DNA of 64,000 bases from Eledone cirrhosa. Its lineage: Eukaryota. Below are positions 38,571 through 51,814 of this stretch, one piece after another. The stretch lies in assembly GCA_964016885.1 (NCBI GenBank), contig OZ024749.1, forward strand, positions 28,272,001 through 28,336,000, read 5' to 3'. The first letter of the stretch is position 1; the number at the start of each line of letters is the position of its first letter. Under the pieces are notes generated by a model. That model worked only from the letters and a program-made list of their open reading frames with translations, ran no database searches and was not told where the DNA came from. The position numbers were made by a program, and so were the translations under genes.

Positions 38571-39896
38571 CTATTTAATTGAAATCCCGCCGAGGTTAAC
38601 TTTGCTTTTCATCTTTACGGGGTCGATAAAATAAAATACCAGTCACGCACTGGGGGCGATTTAATCGACTTTCCCCTCCCCCAGATTGCTGGCCTTGCGC
38701 CTATATAAGAAACCATTATTATAGTAAAATTCCGCTGTGGTTAACTTTGCCACTCATCCTTATAGGTCGATGAAATAAAGTACCAGGAAATGCTTTTGCG
38801 GTCTTGTCCTCGGGACGCAGCCCGAAAAACCGCCACACCCTAGGCCCAGAGCCCATCTTCCTCCAATACTTCTGTGACCCTAGAGCCCTTATTTTTCCGT
38901 TTTTAAATATTTGTAGTGTTTTTCTTATTATTTTATAGTCATCCATCCATGTAGTTACCCACTTATTTTATAGTATCTTCAGGAATTTCACGTTTAGAAT
39001 ATATATATATATATTTTCATGTTTTTTAATACAATAAAATAGTAATGAACTGGGGTCGATATAATCGGCTTACCCCTCACACGTCTAAATTACTGGCGTT
39101 TTGCTTAAGGTAGAAAACATATTAGGGGAGGTGGACGGTGGAGAAGAGGCGGGTTATTTTTACACACCCACCCGTGGATGATGATAAGATATTGACAGTT
39201 TGAAATGAAATGAAAGGGAATAAGACGAAATGAGATGACGAGATGAATGATTAAAAGACCAGTTGTTAGTTAAAAGATATGGACTGGTTTAGCCCGAGAA
39301 CATTAACATCGGAGAATATGAAATCATATAGATGTATATTTATTTATTACGAGAGAGAGAGAGAGCTACAGAGACGGAGAAAGTGTGTGAGAGAGAGAGC
39401 TACAGAGACGGAGAAAGTGTGTGAGAGAGACAGAGACGGTGGAAAATGTCAACGAACTTAGATTTAATAAAATAAGAAAAAATTATAAAACATATTTATA
39501 TTTCTTTCTTTAAACCACAATAAATAAACAATAGGTAAATAAAGGATTAAAAGTCAGTTTGTAAGGAGTAAATTCTAAGAATTAATTAACAGCGTTTTAA
39601 TTAAAGCAAGGACACATATACATACAATATAAAAGAAAGAAAAAAAATCATATGGAGTGGTTGGAACTTGGAAACGACATGTGATGTGTCTTTGAGACAG
39701 AAAGAGAGAGAGAGAGAATGGTAAAAGTCGGTAGATCAGCTGACGTGGTCAGTACTGCCAATAGGGGGGAGTTAAATAAATAGATATAGGGGTTCTATGA
39801 GATACTAGGGTCGGCTAGATGTAATAAAAGAAGGGTTAGAAGGGTAAGAACTCTAATTATGACTGGTTCTGTTTGTATATAAGTAACGACACTTAC

Positions 39897-39919
39897 CACT
39901 GTGATACATCTTCCTCCAT
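39897..39919 (-). CDS. RUBCN: Rubicon homolog, predicted first coding exon (MEEDVSQ + TG)
   Basis: Minus strand reads aaaaaaaATG GAG GAA GAT GTA TCA CAG TG|gtaagt: an A-rich start context and a consensus donor. The phase-2 end is completed by the single leading G of the 9883 exon (TG+G = Trp), giving MEEDVSQWNQHHELL. Linkage across 30 kb is inferred. Confidence 0.65.
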
Positions 39920-40516
39920 TTTTTTTATTGTTTATGCTTCCTGTGTGTGAAGCAAGGGAGATAACTGTAATGAGAAACTAACTCCAGCCGTGACATTTAG
40001 CTGAGTAGAATAAACAAGATTTACTGTGTTGGCTAGCTAAGTGATATTATCTTCTTTATTATAACAGCTAACAAGGCTTACTAACTGTGTGTGTGTCTGT
40101 ATCTTTCTTTTTCAGTCTGTCTATTTCTGTGTCTCTCCTTTACTCTGTCCGTCTCTCACTTTCACCCTTTCTCTCTCTCTCTGTTTGTGTCTCACGTTTT
40201 GTCTGTATCTTTCTTTTAGTTTGTTCCTCAGCCCATTTCTCACTTTCTCTGACACGCTTCGTTTGTCACACACACTCTCTCTCTGTCTCGCTCGCTCTAT
40301 CTATCTATCTATCTATCTATCTATCATCCTACCCCCCCCCCCTCTGTCTCGCTCTATCTATCTATTATCCTCGGTTCCCCTCTCTGTCTCGCTCTATCTA
40401 TCTATCCTACCCCTGTATCTCTCTTTCTGTCTGTCTCGCTCTATCTATCTTCCTACTTCTTTATCTCTCACTAGTTCTCCCCCCCCCCCTCTCTCTGTTA
40501 GTAAATCTCACTCGCA

Positions 40517-40530
40517 GTTACCATAGCAAT
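40517..40530. promoter_or_regulatory. Possible RFX X-box upstream of the predicted Rubicon first exon
   Basis: GTTACCATAGCAAT is one mismatch from GTNRCC-N0-3-RGYAAC and lies ~600 bp upstream of the ATG. Motif match only. Confidence 0.25.
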
Positions 40531-41853
40531 AGAATTAAATATATAACCCCCACCTACCCCCACCTCACGAACACTCAAAATACGTCTTATTTATTTGAAC
40601 CACCAAGAAAGCCTCTATATGGACGGTCAACAGTTTAGAAATAGCAACCATATCTTCCTCAAATCACACCATACTGTAGAAGTTCTCCAGCTTTATTTCA
40701 TTTTATTTTTCATCTTTTTCTGCTCTCCAGAGCAGATAAACACATTTTAGAGCACTTTGTGTTTAAAGTAATTTTTTAAAAATTGATTTAAAGAATTTCA
40801 ACCAAGAGTAGACGTAGACCCCCCCCCCCCCCCCCCCCCACCCCGAGCAAGATGGTTGGATAACATTCATATGAGGATTGTCAGCTTAACCATTGTTGAC
40901 CAGGAAAGGGGAGTTCATTTTCCTTCCCCACCAAAAACATTTACCTCCTTCAGGGCCCGAGTAAGGGGCCTCATAATTTAACTAGCACAGGGCCTCATTT
41001 GTCCTAAATCCGGCACTGCATACGAGCTCGGCTGGTATCACTTGAGGGGACCTAGCCGGATCGATTGGAGATGGTTGCTTCTGATAGGACCCACTGGAAG
41101 GAGTGTTTGAGGACTGCTTTCCGCCACGACCCTCTCAGGAATAAGTGGACTAAGAAGAAGAAACACCACGCCTGGAGGTTTTCATGAGTGTTCAAGTCCA
41201 TTACACCAATCTCCTAGTGACTGTTGGTGTTCATTTTTAACTGTCTGGACTAGACCAATGTGAAATAAAGTGACTTGCTCAAGGACATAATGTAATATCT
41301 GGTCAAGAAGAAGAAGAAGAAGATTTAAAGAGTGGCATTCATATATTTTACCCTTCTTTTTCGTGTCGGTCTCGGTGGGGACCTCTGGCGTCCTCGGTTC
41401 CCCGACTGCCATTTTTACCTCCGTAAAATTGGGAGGATTGCATCCCGCCTGAGGAAAGAGCTCCTGTGAAGTGGAGTGTTAGACGCAGTTGGTGTCGCTA
41501 GCTGTTCTACGCCGCATTGCCTTCGCTATTTTGTCCCACAAAGCTGAGATAAACTGCATAGACTAAGGTGTATAGTTCGCAACCCACTCTCCCTTTTCTT
41601 TTATAATACAAACATTATATAACATAATTGGAATTTATCGAATAAAAAACCCTATAAATATAAATAATTTAGCATTCTAAATTATGACTTGGCTGGATTT
41701 TACACTAATGGTGTGGCATGGCCCCGTGAATCCTAGTGGAGTCATAGGGAGTGAGAGAGATAGAGAGAAAGAGAGTTTTATTTGTCATCCTTTGCCCTTT
41801 ATATATTTCTATTGCATTGTACCGACTTTGAAACTTAGTCATTTATTACATAT

Positions 41854-41890
41854 TAGCAGAAAAACCACCCTTCGGGTGGTTTTCTGCTAG
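41854..41890 (+). mobile_element. Hairpin + CTAG, possible Helitron 3' end
   Basis: tagcagaaaaaccaccc-ttc-gggtggttttctgCTAG. Confidence 0.45.
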
Positions 41891-42235
41891 CATGTGTAGT
41901 GTGTATATTGATATTATACGCAAGTATATATGCATGTAGATATGATACATCAAATAAAATCGTAATTGACAATATACACAGAAATTGAACGAAGACTGGG
42001 TTACATAATCTTATGTAATCAGTAAAGTAATCCATGATACATGAAAAAAAACATATTATATATAAAGTGTATTAGGAGAAAATTAGTGACGGAAATATAT
42101 GTATGTTTATTTAGGCGATCGCTAACCGGAAGTGTTACATTTGAACATTTTAAAGAAGTGAATCTTTAAATAACCAATAAAATATATTTAATCAACAGCC
42201 ACGAAACTTAGCAGATAAATTATGTAATATTCATC

Positions 42236-42620
42236 AGTACCGGGAGAGGGTCGGACGCCATGCTTTCCAGCATAGTTACGTCCCTTTACGATCTGAGTTC
42301 AAATCCCGCCGAGGTTGACTTTGCCTTTCATCCTTACGGGGTCGATAAAATAAAGTACCAGTAATACACTGGGTAATTGCTGGCCTTGTGCCTAAAGTAG
42401 AAACAATTATTTATTCAAAGGGCGGTGAATTGGCAGTATCGGTAGAGGGTCGGACGCCATGCTTTGACGCATAGAGTTACGGCCCTTGCCATTCTGAGTT
42501 CAAATCCCGCCGAGGTTAACTTTGCCTTTCATCCTTACGGGGTCGATAAAATAAAGTACCAGTAATACACTGGGTAATTGCTGGCCTTGTGCCAAATGTA
42601 GAAACAATTATTTATTCAAA
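42236..42620 (+). mobile_element. Tandem dimer of young Meta/MESC-like SINE
   Basis: Two copies, each ending gaaacaattatttattcaaag. Confidence 0.9.
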
Positions 42621-42877
42621 GTAATCCAACTTATTTTACTAATGGGATAAAAAAAATTACAAACCGTACGCAGTCCCGCGCTCCTTACTTTATTATAGTT
42701 TAGATTTCACAATACTTAGTATTAACTATGCTATTAAAAAAATATTTTATTTCTGGTGCACATCCAGTTACATCGGGCGGTACGTTAGTGTGACATGCGT
42801 TAAACACTTAAAAGATTATAGTGCTCCTCTTTTCTTGATGCCCTAACCACTTAAGAGATTACAGTGACCCTGATATA

Positions 42878-43162
42878 CAGGGCCGGATTTAATGGGGGGG
42901 GGGGGTAAAGAGGGAAATTGCTCTGGGCCCCACAGGCGACGACCGTAGCAATTTATTTGTGCCCTGAGCTGGATTTTTTTAATTTTAGGATGGTTCAAAT
43001 TTAATATCAGTATATATAACTTTTAAATTCCATTTAGTTGTGCCAATCTAACTTTGATATGTAAAATTGGAGGGTTGCTGTGTATTCTATTTTTTTTTTG
43101 TGTATGAGGGTCCCCCTAAACCTAAAGTGCCCCGGGTCCCCAAAGGTCTAAATCCAACCCAA
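42878..43162. mobile_element. hAT-like MITE
   Basis: cagggccggattta ... taaatccaaccc termini with GC-rich subterminal gggcccc motifs. Confidence 0.5.
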
Positions 43163-43699
43163 CTCATATATAAAGTTTCCAAGAATATTCTGGAATGACA
43201 AATGCATTTAATTTAACTAAAATGGTTCCTAAACATATTTATGTGCTAAACATATTTATGTGCTAAACATATTTATTTTACTTAACGGTTGATCCAGCCA
43301 TATCCACTCCCACCTCCCACAAAAAACCACCACAAAACTTTATAGCGGGATTCTCAAATTCAAGGACTCCAAGGGGTCATTATTGTCCTGGGAGGGAAGA
43401 AGCACAATAGGCCAAAAATGAGATGATTGAGGGGGGGAATGATTTCAGCACCGTATTGTCTGCAATATAGTTGATAGGCTACTATTAATTTTGTTTCCAT
43501 CAAAATAAATGTAAGTGACAATATGACTAAGTGGGATATGTGAATTAATACAAAATGTAGGCGGATAAATTCCCCGTTTCAAATTTTCCTTAATTCCGTT
43601 TTTTTCATTTGTTAAATTTCTCTCGTTTCCGTTTTCAATTTTGGGAAATTCTTTTTTCCGTTTCCAATTCTGAAAATTTTCGTTTTTTCCGTTTTCACT

Positions 43700-43980
43700 T
43701 CTGATGAATTGGAGTTAGAGCAGCGTCAAAATAGAATGTATTTCTCAAGGACACAACGCATCGCCCGGTCCGGAAATTGAACTTTACGAGTGGCTGAGCA
43801 TTCCACACATACGTGTATCTTAAACGTAGTTCTCAGGGAGATTCAGTGTGACACAGGATGTGACAAGGCTGGCACTTCAAATTACAGGTACAACTCATTT
43901 TTGCCAGCTGAGTGAACTGGAGCAACGTGAAATAAAGTGTCTTGCTCAAGGGCATAGCGCACCACCAGAAATTGAACATG
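43700..43980 (-). mobile_element. CORE-like SINE fragments, third subfamily
   Basis: ctggagcaacgtgaaataaagtgtcttgctcaagg core. The body ggctgagcattccac...ctcagggagattc is also present twice at 62190-62420. Confidence 0.75.
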
Positions 43981-44221
43981 ATATTATTATTATTATTAAC
44001 AAAATATCAACACCACGTTTAACTTTGTTGTTGCTTCATCGTATTGGAGGGCATTAACTCATGTTAGATATATAGTGGAGAAATAATTGAAAGTTGTCCC
44101 CCTTGCCAAACATTTCCTGTTACATGTTAATGAGTGAGTGTTGCACAGTCAAGAACTATGCAAGTGGTTATAGTAGATTCTGCGATAAGGTTTCAAGTCT
44201 GAGTTGGGATCATGATATGGT

Positions 44222-44451
44222 TTAACCCTTTAGCATTTACATTACTCTACATATACTATTGTATCTTTATGGCAAAGGCTTTATCTTACATAATTATCTC
44301 ACGTAATATCGAATCTACGAGATATCAATATTATTTATTTTGAGAACAATACCTTAACATCAGTATGGGTGGCCGGTTACAGCCGGTTTGAACAGAAAGG
44401 GGTGAGAGAATTCTGGCCGGATACGGCTGGTTTAAATGCTAAAAGGGTTAA
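44222..44451 (+). mobile_element. piggyBac-like MITE
   Basis: TTAA-CCCTTTAGCATTTA ... TAAATGCTAAAAGGG-TTAA. Confidence 0.88.
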
Positions 44452-44771
44452 ATATCACTTGTTCTCTGTATCTATCATAATGTAGTTTTCTCCTCCTCCC
44501 CCCACTTATTCCTGAGAGGGTCGTGGGGGCAGAGTTTTCAAACACTCAAAGGAAAATATTTCTTATACAGGCGAGTCAACAATAGTTTCCAATTCTTGTG
44601 AAATTGAAGGGCAACATTTTTTATTTATTTATTTATTTTTTTTACTGTTTAGACAGAAAGAGACGGAGGGGACAGTTTCAGTGGCCCTTTTCAAGGTCTC
44701 CGAGACGGTGGGGCGATGAGGGAGGAAGGTATCCTAAAACTTGATACTCTCTCCCAAGGATTCCAACAGAA

Positions 44772-47700
44772 TAGACTATGTTAAAGACACCCAAGAATCA
44801 GTTGGTGGTGTTAAACAGGGTGGTGGATTAAGTCTAGCACTGTAGTGGACTAGACTCTGCTAAAGACACCCAAGAATCAGGTGGTGGTGTTAAACAGGGT
44901 GGTGGATTAGGTCTACCACTGTAGTGGACTAGACTCTGCTAAAGACACCCAAGAATCAGGTGGTGGTGTTAAACAGGGTGGTGGATTAAGTCTAGCACTG
45001 TAGTTGACTAGACTCTGCTAAAGACACCCAAGAATCAGTTGGTGGTGTTAAACAGGGTGGTGGATTAAGTCTAGCACTGTAGTGGACTGGACTCTGCTAA
45101 AGACACCCAAGAATCAGGTGGTGGTGTTAAACAGGGTGGTGGATTAAGTCTACCACTGTAGTGGACTAGACTCTGTTAAAGACACCCAAGAATCAGGTGG
45201 TGGTGTTAAACAGGGTGGTGGATTAAGTCTACCACTGTAGTGGACTAGACTCTGTTAAAGACACCCAAGAATCAGGTGGTGGTGTTAAACAGGGTGGTGG
45301 ATTAAGTCTACCACTGTAGTGGACTAGACTCGGCTAAAGACACCCAAGATTCAGGTGGTGGTGTTAAACAGGGTGGTGGATTAAGTCTACCACTGTAGTG
45401 AACTAGACTCTGTTAAAGACACCCAAGAATCAGGTGGTGGTGTTAAACAGGGTGGTGGATTAAGTCTAGCACTGTAGTGGACTAGACTCTGTTAAAGACA
45501 CCCAAGAATCAGTTGGTGGTGTTAAACAGGGTGGTGGATTAAGTCTACCACTGTAGTGGACTAGACTCTGCTAAAGACACCCAAGAATCAGTTGGTGGTG
45601 TTAAACAGGGTGGTGGATTAAGTCTAGCACTGTAGTGGACTAGACTCTGCTAAAGACACCCAAGAATCAGGTGGTGGTGTTAAACAGGGTGGTGGATTAA
45701 GTCTACCACTGTAGTGGACTAGACTCTGTTAAAGACACCCAAGAATCAGTTGGTGGTGTTAAACAGGGTGGTGGATTAAGTCTAGCACTGTAGTGGACTA
45801 GACTCTGCTAAAGACACCCAAGAATCAGTTGGTGGTGTTAAACAGGGTGGTGGATTAAGTCTAGCACTGTAGTGGACTAGACTCTGCTAAAGACACCCAA
45901 GAATCAGGTGGTGGTGTTAAACAGGGTGGTGGATTAAGTCTACCACTGTAGTGGACTAGACTCTGTTAAAGACACCCAAGAATCAGTTGGTGGTGTTAAA
46001 CAGGGTGGTGGATTAAGTCTAGCACTGTAGTGGACTAGACTCTGCTAAAGACACCCAAGAATCAGGTGGTGGTGTTAAACAGGGTGGTGGATTAAGTCTA
46101 GCACTGTAGTGGACTAGACTCTGCTAAAGACACCCAAGAATCAGGTGGTGGTGTTAAACAGGGTGGTGGATTAAGTCTAGCACTGTAGTGGACTAGACTC
46201 TGCTAAAGACACCCAAGAATCAGGTGGTGGTGTTAAACAGGGTGGTGGATTAAGTCTACCACTGTAGTGGACTAGACTCTGTTAAAGACACCCAAGAATC
46301 AGGTGGTGGTGTTAAACAGGGTGGTGGATTAAGTCTACCACTGTAGTGGACTAGACTCTGCTAAAGACACCCAAGAATCAGGTGGTGGTGTTAAACAGGG
46401 TGGTGGATTAAGTCTGCCACTGTAGTGGACTAGACTCTGCTAAAGACACCCAAGAATCAGGTGGTGGTGTTAAACAGGGTGGTGGATTAAGTCTACCACT
46501 GTAGTGGACTAGACTCTGCTAAAGACACCCAAGAATCAGGTGGTGGTGTTAAACAGGGTGGTGGATTAAGTCTAGCACTGTAGTGGACTAGACTCTGCTA
46601 AAGACACCCAAGAATCAGGTGGTGGTGTTAAACAGGGTGGTGGATTAAGTCTACCACTGTAGTGGACTAGACTCTGTTAAAGACACCCAAGAATCAGGTG
46701 GTGGTGTTAAACAGGGTGGTGGATTAAGTCTACCACTGTAGTGGACTAGACTCTGCTAAAGACACCCAAGAATCAGGTGGTGGTGTTAAACAGGGTGGTG
46801 GATTAAGTCTACCACTGTAGTGGACTAGACTCTGTTAAAGACACCCAAGAATCAGGTGGTTGTGTTAAACAGGGTGGTGGATTAAGTCTACCACTGTAGT
46901 GGACTAGACTCGGCTAAAGACACCCAAGAATCAGGTGGTGGTGTTAAACAGGGTGGTGGATTAAGTCTACCACTGTAGTGGACTAGACTCTGCTAAAGAC
47001 ACCCAAGAATCAGGTGGTGGTGTTAAACAGGGTGGTGGATTAAGTCTACCACTGTAGTGGACTAGACTCTGCTAAAGACACCCAAGAATCAGGTGGTGGT
47101 GTTAAACAAGGTGGTGGATTAAGTCTAGCACTGTAGTGGACTAGACTCTGCTAAAGACACCCAAGAATCAGGTGGTGTTAAACAGGGTGGTGGATTAAGT
47201 CTACCACTGTAGTGGACTAGACTCTGCTAAAGACACCCAAGAATCAGTTGGTGGTGTTAAACAGGGTGGTGGTGTTAAACAGGGTGGTGGATTAAGTCTA
47301 GTACTGTAGTGGACTAGACTCTGCTAAAGACACCCAAGAATCAGGTGGTGGTGTTAAACAGGGTGGTGGATTAAGTCTACCACTGTAGTGGACTAGACTC
47401 TGTTAAAGACACCCAAGAATCATGTGGTGGTGTTAAACAGGGTGGTGGATTAAGTCTACCACTGTAGTTGACTAGACTCTGCTAAAGACACCCAAGAATC
47501 AGGTGGTGGTGTTAAACAGGGTGGTGGATTAAGTCTACCACTGTAGTGGACTAGACTCTGCTAAAGACACCCAAGAATCAGGTGGTGGTGTTAAACAGGG
47601 TGGTGGATTAAGTCTAGCACTGTAGTGGACTAGACTCTGCTAAAGACACCCAAGAATCAGGTGGTGGTGTTAAACAGGGTGGTGGATTAAGTCTAGCACT

Positions 47701-49909
47701 GTAGTGGACTAGACTCTGCTAAAGACACCCAAGAATCAGGTGGTGGTGTTAAACAGGGTGGTGGATTAAGTCTAGCACTGTAGTGGACTAGACTCTGCTA
47801 AAGACACCCAAGAATCAGTTGGTGGTGTTAAACAGGGTGGTGGATTAAGTCTACCACTGTAGTTGACTAGACTCTGCTAAAGACACCCAAGAATCAGGTG
47901 GTGGTGTTAAACAGGGTGGTCGATTAAGTCTACCACTGTAGTGAACTAGACTCTGCTAAAGACACCCAAGAATCAGGTGGTGGTGTTAAACAGGGTGGTG
48001 GATTAAGTCTACCACTGTAGTGGACTAGACTCTGCTAAAGACACCCAAGAATCAGGTGGTGGTGTTAAACAGGGTGATGGATTAAGTCTACCACTGTAGT
48101 GGACTAGACTCTGCTGAAGACACCCAAGAATCAGGTGGTGGTGTTAAACAGGGTGGTGGATTAAGTCTAGCACTGTAGTGGACTAGACTCTGCTAAAGAC
48201 ACCCAAGAATCAGTTGGTGGTGTTAAACAGGGTGGTGGATTAAGTCTACCACTGTAGTGGACTAGACTCTGTTAAAGACACCCAAGAATCAGGTGGTGGT
48301 GTTAAACAGGGTGGTGGATTAAGTCTACCACTGTAGTGGACTAGACTCTGCTAAAGACACCCAAGAATCAGGTGGTGGTGTTAAACAGGGTGGTGGATTA
48401 AGTCTACCACTGTAGTGGACTAGACTCTGTTAAAGACACCCAAGAATCAGGTGGTGGTGTTAAACAGGGTGGTGGATTAAGTCTAGCACTGTAGTGGACT
48501 AGACTCTGCTAAAGACACCCAAGAATCAGGTGGTGGTGTTAAACAGGGTGGTGGATTAAGTCTACCACTGTAGTGGACTAGACTCTGTTAAAGACACCCA
48601 AGAATCAGGTGGTGGTGTTAAACAGGGTGGTGGATTAAGTCTAGCACTGTAGTGGACTAGACTCTGTTAAAGACACCCAAGAATCAGGTGGTGGTGTTAA
48701 ACAGGGTGGTGGATTAAGTCTACCACTGTAGTGGACTAGACTCTGCTAAAGACACCCAAGAATCAGGTGGTGGTGTTAAACAGGGTGGTGGATTAAGTCT
48801 AGCACTGTAGTGGACTAGACTCTGCTAAAGACACCCAAGAATCAGTTGGTGGTGTTAAACAGGGTGGTGGATTAAGTCTACCACTGTAGTGGACTAGACT
48901 CTGTTAAAGACACTCAAGAATCAGGTGGTGGTGTTAAACAGGGTGGTGGATTAAGTCTACCACTGTAGTGGACTAGACTCTGCTAAAGACACCCAAGAAT
49001 CAGGTGGTGGTGTTAAACAGGGTGGTGGATTAAGTCTACCACTGTAGTGGACTAGACTCTGTTAAAGACACCCAAGAACCAGGTGGTGGTGTTAAACAGG
49101 GTGGTGGATTAAGTCTAGCACTGTAGTGGACTAGACTCTGCTAAAGACACCCAAGAATCAGGTGGTGGTGTTAAACAGGGTGGTGGATTAAGTCTAGCAA
49201 TGTAGTGGACGAGACTCTGCTAAAGACACCCAAGAATCAGGTGGTGGTGTTAAACAGGGTGGTGGATTAAGTCTAGTACTGTAGTGGACTAGACTCTGCT
49301 AAAGACACCCAAGAATCAGTTGGTGGTGTTAAACAGGGTGGTGGATTAAGTCTACCATTGTAGTGGACTAGACTCTGTTAAAGACACCCAAGAATCAGGT
49401 GGTGGTGTTAAACAGGGTGGTGGATTAAGTCTAGCACTGTAGTGGACTAGACTCTGTTAAAGACACCCAAGAATCAGGTGGTGGTGTTAAACAGGGTGGT
49501 GGATTAAGTCTACCACTGTAGTGGACTAGACTCTGCTAAAGACACCCAAGAATCAGGTGGTGGTGTTAAACAGGGTGGTGGATTAAGTCTAGCACTGTAG
49601 TGGACTAGACTCTGTTAAAGACACCCAAGAATCAGGTAGTGGTGTTAAACAGGGTGGTGGATTAAGTCTACCACTGTAGTGGACTAGACTCTGCTAAAGA
49701 CACCCAAGAATCAGGTGGTGGTGTTAAACAGGGTGGTGGATTAAGTCTACCACTGTAGTGGACTAGACTCTGCTAAAGACACTCAAGAATCAGGTGGTGG
49801 TGTTAAACAGGGTGGTGGATTAAGTCTAGCACTGTAGTGGACTAGACTCTGCTAAAGACACCCAATAATCAGGTGGTGGTGTTAAACAGGGTGGGGGATT
49901 AAGTCCACT
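44772..49909. repeat. 5.1-kb satellite, 79-bp unit, ~65 copies
   Basis: aaagacacccaagaatcaggtggtggtgttaaacagggtggtggattaagtctaccactgtagtggactagactctgct; period from 44862 to 44941. Confidence 0.99.
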
Positions 49910-50269
49910 ATATATATGTAGGTCACAGTGGGGTTTAAACTCAAAAAGTAGAGGGAGAAAGAAATACAAGGCATCTTGTGTGTTGCTCTAGCACTTCCAC
50001 CAATCCCCCCTCTCATAATGATACTTTATTTATCGACCCCAATGATGAAAATGTTGAACTCGGCGGAATTCGAAATCAGGGCTCAGTGAATCGACTTAAA
50101 TACGGGTCCTACATCAACCCCATTATATAGATACCTCTAAACAACTCTACAGCCCATTTAACTCTAAATAGGGTCACGTGTATATGTCTACCTAAGACTA
50201 CTGGGATGTTTTAAATGGCCGCTGTGTAACTAGCTATGTAACTGGAGGTTTTAATGCAGGAAGGACAAA

Positions 50270-50700
50270 GGAATATATGTAAATTCCACCAAAGTAAACC
50301 AGCAAAAATCGGTGGGTCTGCAGCTCGACACCCGGAGAGGTAGGGCCATGCCGCCCAACAGCATCGTCGCAGGCTGGGCGAACAGACCGGTTAAATTGCT
50401 CAGGGTCTGGTTTGGCTCAGATCTCCGAGTGGACAAAAAAAAAGGGAACGAGGTAACGAGCAGGGTGGCAACTGTCATCCAGAAATTAGCCGAGGTGATA
50501 CTATCCCTGACAGCACTGGAGCACCTAATCTTTCGTTTTTTTTTAATGGAAGGGTCACGCTCCCATGGTTATGTGGTCCATCTGCTGTCAACACCCGCCG
50601 CATAGAGGGCTGAGCATGGTGTGACTAACGATGCGCTGAAATACACCGAGGTTAAGATATCTCTCGATTTCCTTGACGGTAAACAGGTTTGGTCATCGAT
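50270..50700 (+). pseudogene. Decayed L1/Tx1-like LINE fragment (post-RT region)
   Basis: KVNQQKSVGLQL...W...VKLLRVWFG...EVTSRV...LSL...EHLIFRFF resembles Tx1 KVN..KS.GL / VKILGVWFG / R.LSL motifs. The region is locally GC-rich. Confidence 0.6.
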
Positions 50701-51567
50701 ACAGCTTGGTACCCGTGTAGTCGCAACTCTTTTCTTCAGACGAACGAGCTGGGTGTAATATGAAATAAATGTATATTATTCAAGAATACAAAGTATCGCC
50801 CTGTCCGGCAATTGAACTCACGACCTTACGATCGGGAAGCCAACACATTAACTGCTAAGATCAAAACCCACAGTCGTGCCTGTGGATTGACAGTAGCGGT
50901 GAAGCATTGGACAACATGCTTTATGGCATAGAGTTACGACCCTTTACGACGCGAGTTAAAATCCTGCCAAGGTTAGCTTTGCCTTTTATCCTTACGGGGT
51001 CGATAAAATAAAATACCAGTAATGTACAGGGTAAATTTAGTCGACCTTCCCTCCAAAATTCTTGGCCTTGTGCATAAATCAGAAACCAATATTTAGACTA
51101 ACGAGAGATGCGGTCTGTTGTTTGGTAAAGATTTTTAAGTGTTGTTAAGTACAACGATTTTATCAGATCGTTTGTACCGATTAGTCAACAGTTTAGAGAA
51201 GATCATGTTTCTAGTTTAGTCCTAGATCGTTAGTCCTCTAAATAGGTCCCTCGTCGGATTTATATCCTTGAGAAAGTCGAGCGCAGGGTGGAGTAAGGCT
51301 GGGAGCAAGAGCGTTTCAGAACATTCTGGGTGGGCACTCGAATTGACAATAAATCTAAGGCGTAGTTTCGGAATAAGCATACTCGTATAACTGTCAATCT
51401 CCAAGGGTGCATCATTGAAATATAGCAGGAGACGGGAGAGGGAAGGAAAGTGCCATCTAGTGCTCTATCAACCCCCCTCTTGTCAGAACCACACCCTTTC
51501 CCGCATTCGCTTACTGGTGACGTGCCTGGCTCTAGACAGAGGACTGGAGCAAAAAAATAAAAAAAAA

Positions 51568-51662
51568 GAAAGTGAAAAAGAAAGTGAAAAAGAAAGTGAA
51601 AAAGAAAGTGAAAAAGAAAGTGAAAAAGAAAGTGAAAAAGAAAGTGAAAAAGAAAGTGAAAA
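51568..51662. repeat. 12-bp repeat (gaaagtgaaaaa)x8
   Basis: Seen directly. Confidence 0.95.
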
Positions 51663-51814
51663 ATGCCATACACAAGGCCGCAAGACATATCACCCGGTTC
51701 GGAGATCAAAGCCACGACCTTCCAATCGAGGGACGAACACTTTAACCATTTTAACCATTGAACCCCTCGGCTATTCGCACCAAAACAGAGTAAATCACAT
51801 CCAGCTAAGATTGA

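Noticed and set aside
41860-41884. Bacterial rho-independent terminator / contamination
   Set aside because: No adjacent bacterial-like gene; embedded among host repeats.
44772-49909. CRISPR-like array with palindromic repeat
   Set aside because: Units are contiguous and near-identical, with no unique spacers and no cas genes, in a eukaryotic context.
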